NCBI RefSeq assembly: GCF_009914755.1 | Contig: NC_060933.1 | Origin: the human T2T-CHM13v2.0 reference genome, Homo sapiens | Reading direction: 5' to 3' (one strand) | DNA: 64,000 nt | Part shown: positions 39,555 to 64,000 of the stretch, piece by piece | Layout: each line of letters begins with the position of its first letter | How positions within the stretch are numbered: position 1 is the stretch's first letter | The notes under the pieces: generated by a model | Database searches by the model: none | What the model was told of the DNA's origin: nothing | The model's input: the letters and a program-made list of their open reading frames with translations, nothing else | Program-made: the position numbers and the translations under genes

Positions 39555-40720
39555 TATTTTTTAGAGCAGTTTAAAGTTCACAGCAAAACTGAGCAGAAGG
39601 TATAGATTTCCCATATACTCCCTGCCCCCCACACATGCATAGCTTCTCTCATGATAAACGCCCCCCACCAGAGTGCTGCATTTGTTACAATTAATGATAC
39701 ATGATACATCTTATAGTTTGCATTAAGGTTCACACTCGGGCTTGGACAAATTTACAATGACAAGTATTCACTATTAAAATATCATACATGTACTTTCAGG
39801 GCCCTACGCATCCTCTGTGCTCTAGTTATTCATTCCTCTCTTCCTCCTAACTCCTGGAAACCACTGATTTTTTTTTTTCTATCTCTATAGTTTTACCTTT
39901 TCCAGAAAGGTCATATAGTTGGAAGTGACAGTATGTAGCCGTTTTAGATTGGCTTCTTTCACTTTGTAATATGCATATAAGCGTCCTCTGTGTCTTTTCG
40001 TGGCTTGACAGCTCTTTTTATTTTTTATTTTATTTATTTTATTTTTTTATTTTTTTTTTAGAGGGAGTCTTGCTCTGTCGCCCAGGCTGGAGGGCAGTGG
40101 CGTGATCTCCACTCACTGCAAGCCAAGCTCCACCTCCCGGGTTCATGCCATTCTCCTGCCTCAGCCTCCCGTGTAGCTGGGACTACAGGCACCTGCCACT
40201 GCACCTGGCTAAGTTTTTGTATTTTTAGTAGCCACGGGGTTTCACCGTGGTAGCCAGGATGGTCTCTATGTGCTGACCTCGTGATCTGCCTGCCTCGGCC
40301 TCCCAAAGTGCTGGGATTACAAGCGTGAGCCATCTCACCCGGCCAACAGCTCATTTATTTTATCATTGAATGATATTCAATTGTCTGGATGTACCACAGT
40401 TTGTTAATTCACCTACTGAAGGAAATCTTGCTTGTCTCCAAGTTTTTGCAATTATAAATAAAGCTTCCATAAACATCTGTGTGCAGGTTTCTGTGTGGAC
40501 ATAAGTTTTCAACTCCTTTGGATATATACCAAGAAACAAGATTGCTGGGTCGTATAATAAGAGTAGATTTAGTTTTCTAAGAAGCCACAAAACTGTTCTC
40601 CATTTTGTATTTCTATCAGCACTGAATGAGAGCTCCTGTTGCTTCACATCCTCATCAGCATTTGGTGTTGTCAGGGTTCTGGATTTTTGCCTTTCTAATA
40701 CGCATGCAGTAGTATCTCAT
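39555..40720 (-). mobile_element. L1MC/MB-type 3' end with nested AluY (~40013-40344)
   Basis: Minus-strand ORF2 remnant (YDPAILFLGIYPKELKTYVHTETCTQMF); Alu TSD acagctc. Confidence 0.82.
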
Positions 40721-41439
40721 TGCAGTGCTGTATTTGAGAATGTGAATAGCTGCAGTTCATTCACTCTTAGTGCTGCGAGGTACTCTATTATCGGAATATA
40801 TGATCATTTAGTTACCCAGTCCACTATCTACCCATATTGAGAGATAACTAGATTGTTTCCAGGTTTTTGAAATTGGGAACATTCTCATATATCTCTAGGT
40901 AAACAAACGCAAGAATTTTTCTGGGGCCTGTAACAGGCTGACTAGGTTGCACTAGGTTGTAGTGAAGTCACTGGGTCATAGGGTACATTATGATCAGCTG
41001 TATGAGCCAGCATCTGTCTGTTTTCCAAATGGCTGTCCTACTTTAGTGTGTGGGATGAATACTTCCATGGTTCTTTATCCTTGCCAATACCACACGTTTC
41101 GGAACTTCATAAAAAAATTGTCAATATGTGTGAAAGGATATCTAATTGTTAATTTTCATTTTCATGATTATTATGAGGTTGAGCACTTTTTACATGCTTA
41201 TGGGATATTTGTGCTAACTTCTCAACAGACATGTTATTTTTCACTTATTTATAGGAGGCATATTCTGGATACCAGACCTTTCTAGGTAAGATGTGTTGCA
41301 AATAGCTCTGCCAAGTTTTGGGTATTTTTTTTCACATTGCAGTATCCTTTAATAAACAGAAGTATTAAATTTTTGTGTTATCAAATCAATTTTTCCTCTT
41401 TCAGTTTGTTCTTCCTCCCCAGGTAAAGATAAAAGATAT

Positions 41440-41740
41440 GGCCGGGCGCGGTGGCTCACGCCTGTAATCTCAGCACTTTGGGAGGCCGAGGTGGGCAGAT
41501 CACAAGGTCAGGAGATCGAGACCATCCTGGCTACCACGGTGAAACCCTGTCTCTAGTAAAAATACAAAAAATTAGTCCAGGCGGGGTGGCGGGCGCCTGT
41601 AGTCCCAGCTACTCCGGAGGCTCAAGCAGGAGAATGGCATGAACATGGGAGAGGAGGTGGAGCTTGCAGTGAGCCAAGACCGCGCCACTGCACTCCAGCC
41701 TGGGCAACAGAGCGACTCCATCTCAAAAAAGAAAAAAATA
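41440..41740 (+). mobile_element. AluY
   Basis: Alu consensus. Confidence 0.88.
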
Positions 41741-42000
41741 ATTCTTCCCAGGTTTTTTTCTAAAAATGTTGAGAAGCTATCTTTATCCGTTAAAATATAT
41801 TTTTATGTTTGTTCTCCAGGATTAAGTTTCAATTTCATTTTTTTCCCTTATGGAGATCAGTGGTCCCAGTGTTGCTTATTGTAAAATATACTATCTTCAC
41901 TTAACAACAATGAAAGCTGTGTTACAAAATCTGTTTCCCAGTATTAGTGCAAAATATATTTCTCTTTATGATTGTACTCAGATTAACTAGTTTGCAGGAC

Positions 42001-42427
42001 TGTGTCCAGAGTTGGTTCCTTCCGGTGGGTTCGTGGTCTCCCTGACTTCAAGAATGCAGCTGTGGACCTTCCTGGTGAGTGTTACAGTTCTTAAAGATGG
42101 CACGGAACCAAAAAGTGAGCCTAGGAAGGTTTATTGCTGAGAGCGAAAGAACAAAACTTCCACACCCTGGAAGGTGACCCCACCTGGTTGCTGCTGCTGG
42201 TTGCGGGTGGCCAGCTTTTATCCCCTTATTTCTTCCCACCCATGTTGCGTTTCTGTCTTATCAGAGTGCCCTTTTTTCAATCCTCTCCACTATTGACTAC
42301 TTTTAGAATCCTGCTGATTGGTGTGTTTTACAGAGGCTGATTGGTGCATTTTACAAATTCCTTGTAGGACAGGAAAGTTCCCCAAGTCCGCACTCGACCC
42401 AGGAAGTGCAGCTGGCCTAACCTCTCA
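42001..42427 (-). mobile_element. LTR12-family (ERV9) solo LTR, short LTR12F-like form
   Basis: tgtgtccagagttggttccttccggtgggttcgtggtc end; tandem gctgattggtg (CCAAT) repeats. Confidence 0.88.
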
Positions 42428-43964
42428 CTGCCAGAGGCTAATTTCCATCCTGGTATTTCTCAGGCCCATAGATAGTGTGAATTCAAATCCAAACCAATAT
42501 GTCTATTGACTTATACTTAGAAATTACCATTTTTTTTTTCTTTTTTCTTGTCTACCCTATTGAAACCAAGACAAGCATAGATTTTCACTTTCTTCTTATG
42601 GGAGTGGGATTTTCCTAGCCCCACTTAACATGCTTCTCTTTAGAAATCCTAGATTTATGCAGGAGGCATTTTAGCCTATATTCCTCCCTGCATGGGCATC
42701 AGTCTCTGTCTCCTGAATTAGGTGCTCATGGTTCTGGGCCAATAGTTCCTGGGAGACACCCCAGGGCAAATGCCAGATGAGACACTCACACCTCTGGATT
42801 CAAACTTTTTTTGCTCTTGTAGATATCTGAAAATTTGCCTTACTTTGACTCAGCCCATGCATTAAAGCAGATGCTTTTAAATATTTTATGATGCATGTTT
42901 TAGGAAAGAGTCTGTCTGGGTATTTCTTCTTTTGATTTGCATTTTGCTTTCAATTCTTCTTTCACACTATCCTAAGCATTAATCAACTCGTCGTTTATGT
43001 CAGTTAGTACAAAACTTCACTATCCTGTTCATTATCACCATTTCATTTTGTTCTGCATAGGCCAGACTATTTATCTAAAAATGTTTAAAGAAATCTAAGG
43101 CCTTAAAGGATTCTTTCTCAGGGACTCTACTGTTTGTATTTAGAGAAATGCTCATTTGTTCCACTGTTTTACTTTCTTCTTGGGTCACGCTCTTTGATGA
43201 CTGCCATCTTACAGAGGATGACAAAAGAGGGCCCAGGCTGAGACAATGATACCTGCTTGCCCCTTTGGATTTTATTTTCTTAGTGTTCTCAAAATATTAA
43301 TAAAATGTCAAAAACAAATTAATGTCACCAGAATGTGTGCCTCACTTAAAATTTTTCTCTCTAACAAGTTTTTGTTTCCTAGTTCCTTTGGTACCCTAAT
43401 GTTTAGGTAAATAGTCTCTGAGGAAAGGATGTGAAAGTCATAGCAAAATATATGCTGGACTTGAATGAAAAATATCTGTTTCATAAAAGTTAAGCAGGCA
43501 ACCAAAATTTACCTTTTTTAACCTAAATTATCTAAACATGTATTTACATTTCTGCTTCATTAAAATATATTTGAGATTGAATGCTCCTGAGACAGATTTT
43601 GGAATGCCCTCCCTTTCTAAAATATATTTTTTATTTTTTGTGGACTAAACAGTTATTTAAAAATGAACTTAATGATTGCTAATTAGTTATCTAAATACTT
43701 ATTTAAAAATAAACTTAATGATTGCTAATTACTCAGTTATTTATAATGCATTTCAAAATTAACTTTATTGTCTAAACCTCTTAACACAAATGTATTAAAT
43801 TATGTAACAGAGAATTGGCTATTTTTGTTCAAATATCTATTCTTGTCAGACTTAAAATATCACTCAGCTATATGATTAAAAATGAACTACAGTCATTAAA
43901 TTATTTCCCACTTATTTGTGGCATTTCTCCATATTAGAGGAGACAAACAGTGCTCTTTGAATCT

Positions 43965-44270
<306 letters not shown>

Positions 44271-44422
44271 CAGTGCTCTTTGAATCTGATGACAGTTCTA
44301 TTGATAACGGCCATCAGAATCTAGTTACGCATTATTAATTAGGTCAAGGCATGAATAAAATTTCTCCCTTGTTTCCACTCAAAAACTACAAGTATAGTTC
44401 CTTGGTAAGATGCTCCAACCAT

Positions 44423-44820
<398 letters not shown>

Positions 44821-44991
44821 TTAAACCATTCTGTGCCTGAACATTTTGATGGCAATATTGGTCATATTATAAATTTGAAAATATAAATGGTAATCTAAAT
44901 TGACTTTAGTCTACCAGTGATTATGAGAGCTTTATCTAAGTGAAACACTTGCATTTTTATTTCTAACATTTTTCAGAAAATGTGAAACTCC

Positions 44992-45328
<337 letters not shown>

Positions 45329-47840
45329 TTAATTTTAAGAATTCCACTTCCTAGATAAGCAGAACATACAGCCAAGTGCTATGTTCTGGTTGTTTTTAAT
45401 GAGTATATTTATGTTCTCCCCAATTTATTATTTATTAATGTCTAACTTCAATTAGATGAGTTGATTACTTTTCATACACCATTGACTAAAGGAAACCTAA
45501 TTTTACACGTAATTCAAGGGGATCTGTAAGTAAGAACATTTTAAAATTAAACCAACACATGTGCATTGAAAATCATTCAAACAGTTTGATGGGCAAAAAA
45601 CCAGTGAAAACCAGAAACTTTTTTTTTCCTTCCATAGACCTTGGTCCTGTTTTTCAGAGTTAGGCAAGGTTTATCATTTTCTTTTTTTACTATATGCTAT
45701 TCTCTTGAACTGTAAATAATATTATACAATCACCTAATTTTGTTTTAACAATTTTAAGTAATATCCCTTGACTTTTTATAAACGGTAGAGAATATAGCTC
45801 ATTTACCCTACTTTCTTCTTCTAAAACTATATTTCCAATTTAGTCTTTAATATATAATTTTATGGGATTTTTTAAAAATTTGCTTTCTCTAAATAATATA
45901 CTTACAGTGCTTAATTCTTTGCTTAAATAATATACTGTTTAGATAATATATGGTCCATCCAATTTGAACACCACTGATTGGCTCAGTAGGATGTGGAGAT
46001 TAGTGTACAACTTCCCTCCCCTCCAACAGTCCCTGTCATAGCTTTCGACTTGTATCAAATTTCATTCTATGCTTATATTTTCACATTTTATGTAAATTAC
46101 ATCCTATTTTGTAATTATAATAAAGTCTGTGCTTTGTTCGTAGGTTAATTTTGATCATGGAATCTCAAGTGAATTGACAGCATCATTATTATGTTTTCTT
46201 TTTTTTTCAAACCACAGTCGCAGGTGGCGTGATTTGATTTGTGTGAAGGCAATGAAATGATACACAGATACACCGAAGCCTCCCAAAAGAATCCTGGTTC
46301 CAAGACTCAAGAAGATGGATTAATGTTTTTCCATTAATTGTTGGAATTTATGCCATTTTTTACTATGTGCCATCAATTTTAAAGCACTTCTGAAAAGACA
46401 TAACAATCTAAATGAGATGGCATTTTAAATTCATAAAAATATAGTATTTTCCTCAACTTTTATACATTTATGATGCATTATTTCTTATTTCCCGGGAATT
46501 TTACTACCTTTGTTTTGAATGATTAAAAAGGAAACACAGCACTTTTTTCAGCACATCACCAAGATAGCCTAGTTAATATTCTTCTCTTTCTGAAGTAGTT
46601 GAATTGGGATAGACAGCTTGCCAGGCCTGCTGCCACGTGTCAGCATCGCATCCCTACATTCAGCCACACTTGCATCTAACGACCATCTCTTTCATTAAAT
46701 TTCTTTTGCACCTTTTCTTCCTGAATGAGTGCATGATACTTAATTTTCCTGTGCACTTGCATGTCTCAAGAAGGTTTTAATTCTTTTTGTATTGCATTAA
46801 TATTAAGTTAAGTTTATAATTGCAAAATGATTTATACTCAGAACATTGAAGACTCCTTTGTTTTGTTACATCCTGTCAAAATGATGAGAAGACAGATCAT
46901 CCTTTAGGGAAAAATTGGTTTTGATTGGTGTCAGCCTTTCCAACAGCAATGCTGGAGACAAGAATAAAATGAAGTAATATTTTTCAAGGATTAAAAGGAA
47001 ACCAATTTTAATCCTTGAATTATTTGCAGCCACAATCTTTTAAATATGAAAGCCCAGAAAAAGACATTAAAAAGTAAGGCCTCAAAAGTTTTATTTCAAA
47101 TAAATCCCTTTGAAAATGCTTAGAGGTCATACTCCACTAAGAAGAGAAATACACCGTGGTGTTAGAATTGAGGGTTCCAGAATCAATGGTAGTGGTGTTT
47201 ATCATACTCTAAAAAATAAATGAAAACATAACATATTGAAAACAACCCCGAGTAAACTTCAGAAAGCACCCCCTTAGACAAAGTGCTGTCGTAACAGAGA
47301 AAGCAAACCAGAGGTGGCAAGAGGAAGCTAGAGCACTTATCTTGTTTGCTGAGATGATATTAATTTTGACACATATCAGAAATTGAGAAAATTAACATAA
47401 ATAATGATATAACCACCATTACAATGTTAAAAATTTCCAGATTTCAAACAAATAGAAAAAGATTTGATCTATAGAGTGAAAGGTACAATAGGAAAAAATA
47501 AACAGTAAAGAAAGTATGAAAAATCATAAAATGAGATGACAGAAATAACTCATAATGGAACAATAATTACATAAATCAAAGGTTAAGATTGTCAGGTAAA
47601 ATTTTTAAGTGTCAAAAAAACACTCAATAAAACCTATCGAAAATAAATTAGTGTAAAAAATATAGCAGGAAAATATGAATAAAAAGAGCTAGGTCCAATT
47701 TTTGATAAAAATTTGAATTCAAGTTAATAATATCCTAAAGAAGGAAAAAATCTGTAGACCAATAGAGAGAAAGGAAAGGCGCATTCAGACAAAGAAAATG
47801 TGTACAGAACACACTAGGGATATCAGAAGAGGCTGCTCAT

Positions 47841-48150
47841 GGCCAGGCATGGTGGCTCATACCTGTAATCCCAGCACTATGGGAGGCCAAGGTGGGTGGA
47901 TCACCTGAGCTCAGGAGTTCAGGACCAGCCTGGGCAGCAAGGGAAACCCCATCTCTACCAAAAATACAAAAAAATTCGCTAGCCATAGTGGCACATGCCT
48001 GTGGTTCCCGTTACATGGGAGGCTGAGGTGAGAGGATTGCTTGAGCCCGGGAGGCGGAGGTTACAGAGAGCCCAGATTTTGCCACTGCACTCCAGCCTGG
48101 GCAAGAATGTGAGACCCAGTCTCAAAGCAAAACAAAACAAAATAAAAAAG
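47841..48150 (+). mobile_element. AluJ-like
   Basis: gaggattgcttgagcccgggagg (J-type); flanks agaag/gctgctca. Confidence 0.85.
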
Positions 48151-48359
48151 AAGCTGCTCAAGACCAGACTGAGCTCCTAGACCTTGAACTCCAGTCCCAC
48201 CTCACACCCTAAGGTTCCTAAAGAATCAGTAACTTAGTTCATCGTACCGCACTCCTGACTTCTGGATGTAGCACAAGTTTCTAAACTTATGCAAACAGTG
48301 AGGACTATCTATTTTGACAAAATAAGAAATGGAGTCAAGGCAACATGTAAAAGATATTT

Positions 48360-53315
<4,956 letters not shown>

Positions 53316-53707
53316 CAGACTTTTTCAGAAACCCCCCAAAATAATCTAAGGGAGTCCATTGTCACTAGACCTGCTTTATAAGAAATTCTAAAGGGAGTTC
53401 TTCAAACTGAAATGCAATAAGACTAATTAGCATCACAAAAACATATGTAGTTATAAAAAGTCACCAGTAAAAGTAACTATACAGTCAAATTCAAAATATT
53501 CCTAATACTGTAATGATGGAGTATAATCACTTTAACTTTTAAAAGGTTAAAAGACAAAAAATATTACAAATAAATATAACTACAAAATAAACAAAGAAAT
53601 AAACGCTGACATCAAAAAAACATAAAAACTGGAGGGGAGTAAAGTGTAGGGTTTTGTATATGCTTGAAGTTAAGTTGTTATCAACTTAAAATAGACCATT
53701 ATAACTA

Positions 53708-54047
53708 TAATCATACATTTCTTAATGTGGATATGTTCTGAATAATGCCTCATTATGCAATTTTGTCATGGTGTGAATATCATAGAGTATACTTACACAA
53801 AATTAGATAATACCACCTACTACACACCCAGGCTATATGGTATAACCTATTGCTTCCAGGTTACAAATCTGTACAGCATTGTACTATACTGAATGCTATA
53901 GGCAACTATAATACAATGATAAGCATTTGTGTATCCAGATGTATCTAAACATATAAAAGATACAATAAAAATGTTATAACCTTATAGGGCCACCGTTGTA
54001 TATGTGGCCCATCATTGACCAAAACATCCTTATGTGGCACATGAGAG
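53708..54047. mobile_element. Tigger3a/MER7-like non-autonomous DNA transposon
   Basis: ctactacacacccaggctatatggtataacctattgct and ggccaccgttgtatatgtggcccatcattgaccaaaacatc motifs. Confidence 0.75.
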
Positions 54048-55294
54048 CATATGATGTTTTATGGAAGCCTCAGGATAATCACAAAGACAAAACATGTAAT
54101 AGTTACACAAATGAGAATTTTACCATATGTTTAAAAAAGAATTAATACAAAGACACAGAAAAGAATCAAAGTATACCACTACAGAAAATAATCAAAATAA
54201 TCAACTCATGCACAGCAAGAGAGAAATAAAAGAACAAAGAAACTGCAAAATGCCTATCAATAGTTACTTTAAATGTCAGTGGACCAAATTAGAAAAGACA
54301 CAGAGTGGCTGAATGGACAGTAAAACAATAACCAAATATATGCCACCTATAAGAGATTCACTTCACCTTTAGAGACACACATAGACTGAAAGGAAAGACA
54401 GGGAACAAAAAAAAAAGAAAGAGTAGCTATTCTTACAACAAACAAAATAGACTTTAAGTCAAAAACTGTAACAAGAGGGAAAGAAAGTCATTATAGAATG
54501 ATACAAGGGTCAATTCATCAAGAGGATATAATTACTACAAATATATATTCTCCCAACATTGGAACACCTAATTGTATAAAGCAAATATTAACAAATCTGA
54601 AGAGAGAAGTGACAACAATAATACAATAACAGTTGGGGACTTCCATAACCCACTTTCAACAATGGATTGATCACTCAGACAGATAATCAATAAGGAAACA
54701 GATGACTTGAACTACACTATAGATCAAATGGACCAGACATATACAGGACATTACTTTCCAAAACAGCAAAATACACATTATTCTTGAGCATACACAGTAC
54801 ATTCTCCTACACAGGTCATATATTGGGCCAGAAAACAAGTCTTAGCAAATTTAAGAAGATTGAAATCTTATCAAGTATTCTTTTTGACCACAGTGGCATG
54901 AAACTGAAAATTAAAAACAGAAGAAAACTTAGAAAAGTGACAAATATGTGGAAATCAACCAACACACTCCTGAACAACCAATAGATCAAAGAAAACATCA
55001 AAAAAGAAATAAAATATCTTGAGACAAACTAAAATGAAAGCACAACATACTAAAACTTATGAGATGAAGCAAAAGCAATTCTAACAGGGAAGTTTATACA
55101 GGTTAAGTGCTAAATGAAGAAAAAAGATCTCAAATAAACAATAAACCTCAAAGAAATAGAAAAGAAAAAAAAAATGAAGCCCAAAATTAGAAGAAGGAAG
55201 GAAATAACAAAGATGATAGCAGAAGTAAATGAAATACACTAGAAAAACAATAGAAAAGATCAATGAAACAAAAAGCTGATTTTTTGAAAACATA

Positions 55295-55957
<663 letters not shown>

Positions 55958-56497
55958 CTAAGAAAAAAGAGAGAAGCCTCAAATAAATAAAATTAGAACA
56001 AAAAAGCAGATATTAAAATTGGTACCATAGAAACACAAAGGATAATAACAGTCTAAACAACTATGTGTCAACAAATTGTTTAACTTAGAAGAAATAGAGA
56101 AATTTCTAGAAACATACATCCCCTAAGATTGAAACATGAAGAAATAGAAAATCAACACAAATAATGAGTAAAAATAATGAGTCAGTGGTCAAAAAGCTCC
56201 TGAAAAAGGAAAATCCAAGACCAGATAGCTTAGTGGAGAAGTCTAGCAAATGTTTAAAGAAGAATTAGTACCATTTCTTCACAAACTCTTCCAAAAGTTG
56301 AAGAGGAGGGAATACAAACATTTTTTATGAGGCCAGCATTACCCTGATAACAAAGACAGAAAAGGATACTACAAGGTTGACAGATATTTTTAAGGTGCAA
56401 ATGATGTATTGTTGGAATTGAAAATACAGGATTTGTTTGTACAAAGATTTGTGTGTGGATAGGTGGATGCGTACTGGTGTGTGCATGCGTACATATA

Positions 56498-59117
<2,620 letters not shown>

Positions 59118-59257
59118 TAAGTTATCGTGCACTTTAAGCATTACCAAGTCCAGAACTGTAAATGCTATACATTTACAGAAATACCACTTGAAGGTTTAAC
59201 TACTTATAACTGTTTCATAATTAGAATTACAAATTTTGAATATTAATTATTTTAATT

Positions 59258-60558
59258 GGGGGGAGGGGCCAAGTTGGTTGAGTAGAAACAGCTCTACTCT
59301 GCAGCCCCCACTGAGACAAACATAAACAGCGAGTGAATTCTGCATTTCTAACTGAGGTATCCAGATTCCCTCATTGGGACTGACTAGGCAGTTGGTGTGA
59401 CCCATGGAGAGCAAGGAAAAGCAGAGTTGGGCGACAGTTCACCCAAGAGCTACACAGGGCAAAGAGACCTCCCTCCTCCAGCCAAGGGAGGCAGTGAGGG
59501 ATTGTGCTACCCAACCGGGGAACTGTGCTTTACCCACAGATTTTTGCAAACCCCAAAACAGGTAATCCCTTTGTGAGTCCACACCACCAGGGCCTTAGGT
59601 CCCAAGCACAAAGCTGTGCAGACCCATAGCAGGGGCTCCAGCTGGCAGCCACTTGGGCAGGTACTGAGCTGTAGGAGTTTCTGCGTACTCTGGTGGCTCG
59701 CAGAAATCCAGTGAAGCAGGAGATCCATCAACTCCCATGAGAAGAGGGCTGAAGCCAGGGAGCCAAGCAGACCCACTCCCACAGAACCCCACAAGCTAAG
59801 ACCCACTGGCATGGAATCCCCACTGGCTAGCACAGCACCTGGAGTCTGCCTAAGAAGACCAAGTTCCTGGGGGGAAGGGTGACTGCCATTACTGCGGGTC
59901 TAGCCGGTGGTTTTCCCCCACCAGTGCTAGGGAGACTGGGTGGTTTGCGCTGGGCAGAATTCCCACAGTGCAGTACAGAGGCTGTGGCAGATATACCATT
60001 ATTGTATATCCAAAGGAATATAAATCATTCTATTACAAAGATACATGCACGTGTATGTTTATTGCAGCACTGTTCCCAATAGCAAAGACATGGAATCAAC
60101 CCAATGCCCACCAATGATAGACTGGATAAATAAAATGTGGTACATATACACCATGGAATACTATGCAGCCATAAAAAGGAATGAGATCAAGTCCTTTGCG
60201 GGGACATGGATGAAGCTGGAAGCCATTATCCTCAGCAAACTAACACAGGAACAGAAAACCAAATACCACATGTTCTCACTTACAAGTGGGAGCCGAACAA
60301 TGAGAACATATGGACACTGGGAGGGAAACAACACACCCTGGCACCTGTCGAGGGAGGGCCGGTGGTAGGGAGAGCATCAGGAAAAATAGCTAATGCATGC
60401 TGGGTTTAATACCTAAGTGATGGGTTGATAGGTGCAGCAAATCACCATGGTACATATTTGCCTATGTAAGAAAACTGCATGTCCTGCACATGTATCCCGA
60501 AAGTTAAAATAAAATAAATACATAAGTACATAAATAAAATTTTAAAAGACAAAAAAAA
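59258..60558 (+). mobile_element. Internally deleted primate L1 (L1PA/L1P type): ~730 bp of 5'UTR joined to ~570 bp of 3' end
   Basis: G-rich start ggggggaggggccaag, L1 5'UTR motifs, switch near 59990 to ORF2 C-terminus (MWYIYTMEYYAAIKRNEI) and 3'UTR/A-tail; flanks at(t/c)ttaattg match 9/10. Confidence 0.85.
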
Positions 60559-60949
60559 ATCTTAATTGTATGTGGGTAGTTCCCTTTGATTGAAAGTGAG
60601 ATAGAAATAATTTTTTAAAACTTACTATTCAAAATTTGCAAAACTAAATAAGAGTAAAAGAAATTTACATTTTGTCCCTGGATTGATACAAGACAAAAAC
60701 ATAGTGTGGGAAAGCTGGAGTTGAGGATGAATGAGATTCTGAGAATAAAAATCCCTGGTACATAGCCAAAATTTCAGAACTTCAGATTTTCAAGGGCTAT
60801 AAAATAGGTAACCTCAAGCCACCATCTCCAACAGATAAAAGGAACCAGGTAATATCTATATTCCAGGGAGAAAGAATAGAAAATTGGCTATCACTGACAA
60901 AACTTAGTGGGAAGGAGGGATCTAGAAGGTGGGATGGTGGAGGGATCCC

Positions 60950-61420
<471 letters not shown>

Positions 61421-61923
61421 TAGTTCCACTTTTCCAAATCCAGTGGAGAGCCTTCTATGATGGGAAGTCTCAGAAGAGACCAGAACATCATCCTTCCAGG
61501 GAGAGGCAGGGCAGCCAGGGGTTGGTAGGGGTAGATAGTGTACTGGGATTTCCATCCCAAGCTCTCAGTCCATCTGTGGGGGAGCACAGGAGGCATCAAG
61601 GCAAAATCAAACCAGTGGACTCAGCACCAGTACCAGTCATGAGACTGGGGAGGTCTCTGTCCGAGACCAGGCCCTGAGCCCTGGCTCATCAGCCCCTTTC
61701 TGGTGCAGGTGGCTCAGGGCCCAGCCTCCCCTGTGTGGGGTGATCTGGGGCCTGTGCTGGGCCCCTGAGGGCCTCCCACCAGGGCCTGGTGTCTCCTCTG
61801 GTCTCCTGGGAAGCAGAATCCTACCTGATAGCTCAGCAGTGCCTGCGGGCCTGAACTTGGGTGTTCCTGGAGCAGAGGAACAGGGACTGAAGGTGTCCGT
61901 GGTGGACCTCATATTGAAAATCC

Positions 61924-62410
<487 letters not shown>

Positions 62411-62443
62411 TGAGCAAGACAGAGAGAGCCATGCGGTTCCTGA

Positions 62444-62707
<264 letters not shown>

Positions 62708-63198
62708 TGAAGAAGCCTGAGGTGGGGGCTCCTAGGAAGGAAATCAGAACCCCGGGTCCTTCTCAGATTCCATGCGGGAATGAAGCCATGGTGGGCCAGG
62801 GACTGGGCGTTACCCAGCAGGGGGCAGTGTGTGTGTCCTGGGGAGACCAATGCCTGCCTGGATGCGGAGGGGGGTGAGGGGGCCTCCCGCTCCCTGGGAA
62901 CAGCTGTCCAACTCTGCTAAGGCTGATTCCTCTTTGAGACCACCTCAGTCCTTTCTCCCCACAGGGCAGTTGTGAGGACTGTGGGGGTGGGGGGTCCGTG
63001 TGTGGAAGCCCTTTGTGAATGAAAAAGCCCTGTCCTCCATGCATTGCTATTAACGTCGGGGTCATGTGGCTTTGGACACAGATGGGTGGGGCCCAGGGTC
63101 TAATTCCCCATGGTCCTCCCTAAAGAAACAGCCACTCAGCCTCCTGTGAGAACCCAGGCCCCTCCCTCACTGCCCTAACCCAGTCTCCTGATTTCCAG

Positions 63199-63259
63199 CT
63201 GGTAGAGAGTGCCGGAGAGGCCTGCAGGAGACTTCGGACCTGCTTTCACAACTGCAGAG
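63199..63259 (+). CDS. SPATA31A: SPATA31A-family coding exon 3 (AGRECRRGLQETSDLLSQLQS)
   Basis: Acceptor atttccag|CT, donor GAG|GTGAGG, 61 nt, phase 1 in / phase 2 out; frame maintained. Confidence 0.93.
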
Positions 63260-63398
63260 GTGAGGCACTTCCCCTTCCCTGCATCCTTCCTACCAGGGCT
63301 GGGACGTGACCCCAGGGCCACAGGCAGCCTGGAGCTGACCTGGGATGGGGAGACCAGGGGTACAGAGGATGGGAGTAAAACCCTGGGGCGAGGGGTAG

Positions 63399-64000
<602 letters not shown>

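Overview
Primate, almost certainly human, genomic DNA: it carries human-specific AluYa5 and AluYb8 copies. About 60 kb is a dense, nested repeat field (Alu, old L1, two LTR-int-LTR THE1 elements, ERV1 LTRs, Tigger DNA transposons). It lies upstream of the 5' part of a + strand SPATA31A (FAM75A) family gene: exons 61175-61363, 62573-62630, 63199-63259 and 63515 to the window end. That family sits in chromosome 9 segmental duplications; the paralog cannot be named from sequence alone. Nearly all other ORFs in the track are repeat-derived. I find no evidence for a wholly new multi-gene system. The most unusual structures are: (1) a ~215-bp diverged copy of SPATA31 exon 4 inside the 3' end of a full-length Tigger1, flanked by transposon-derived splice-like sites; (2) two more locally templated insertions inside other repeats; (3) a 1.3-kb internally deleted L1 retaining its 5'UTR just upstream of the gene; (4) three human-specific Alus within 44 kb. 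Repeat subfamily names come from recalled consensus sequences and percent identities are hand counts, so both need computational confirmation.
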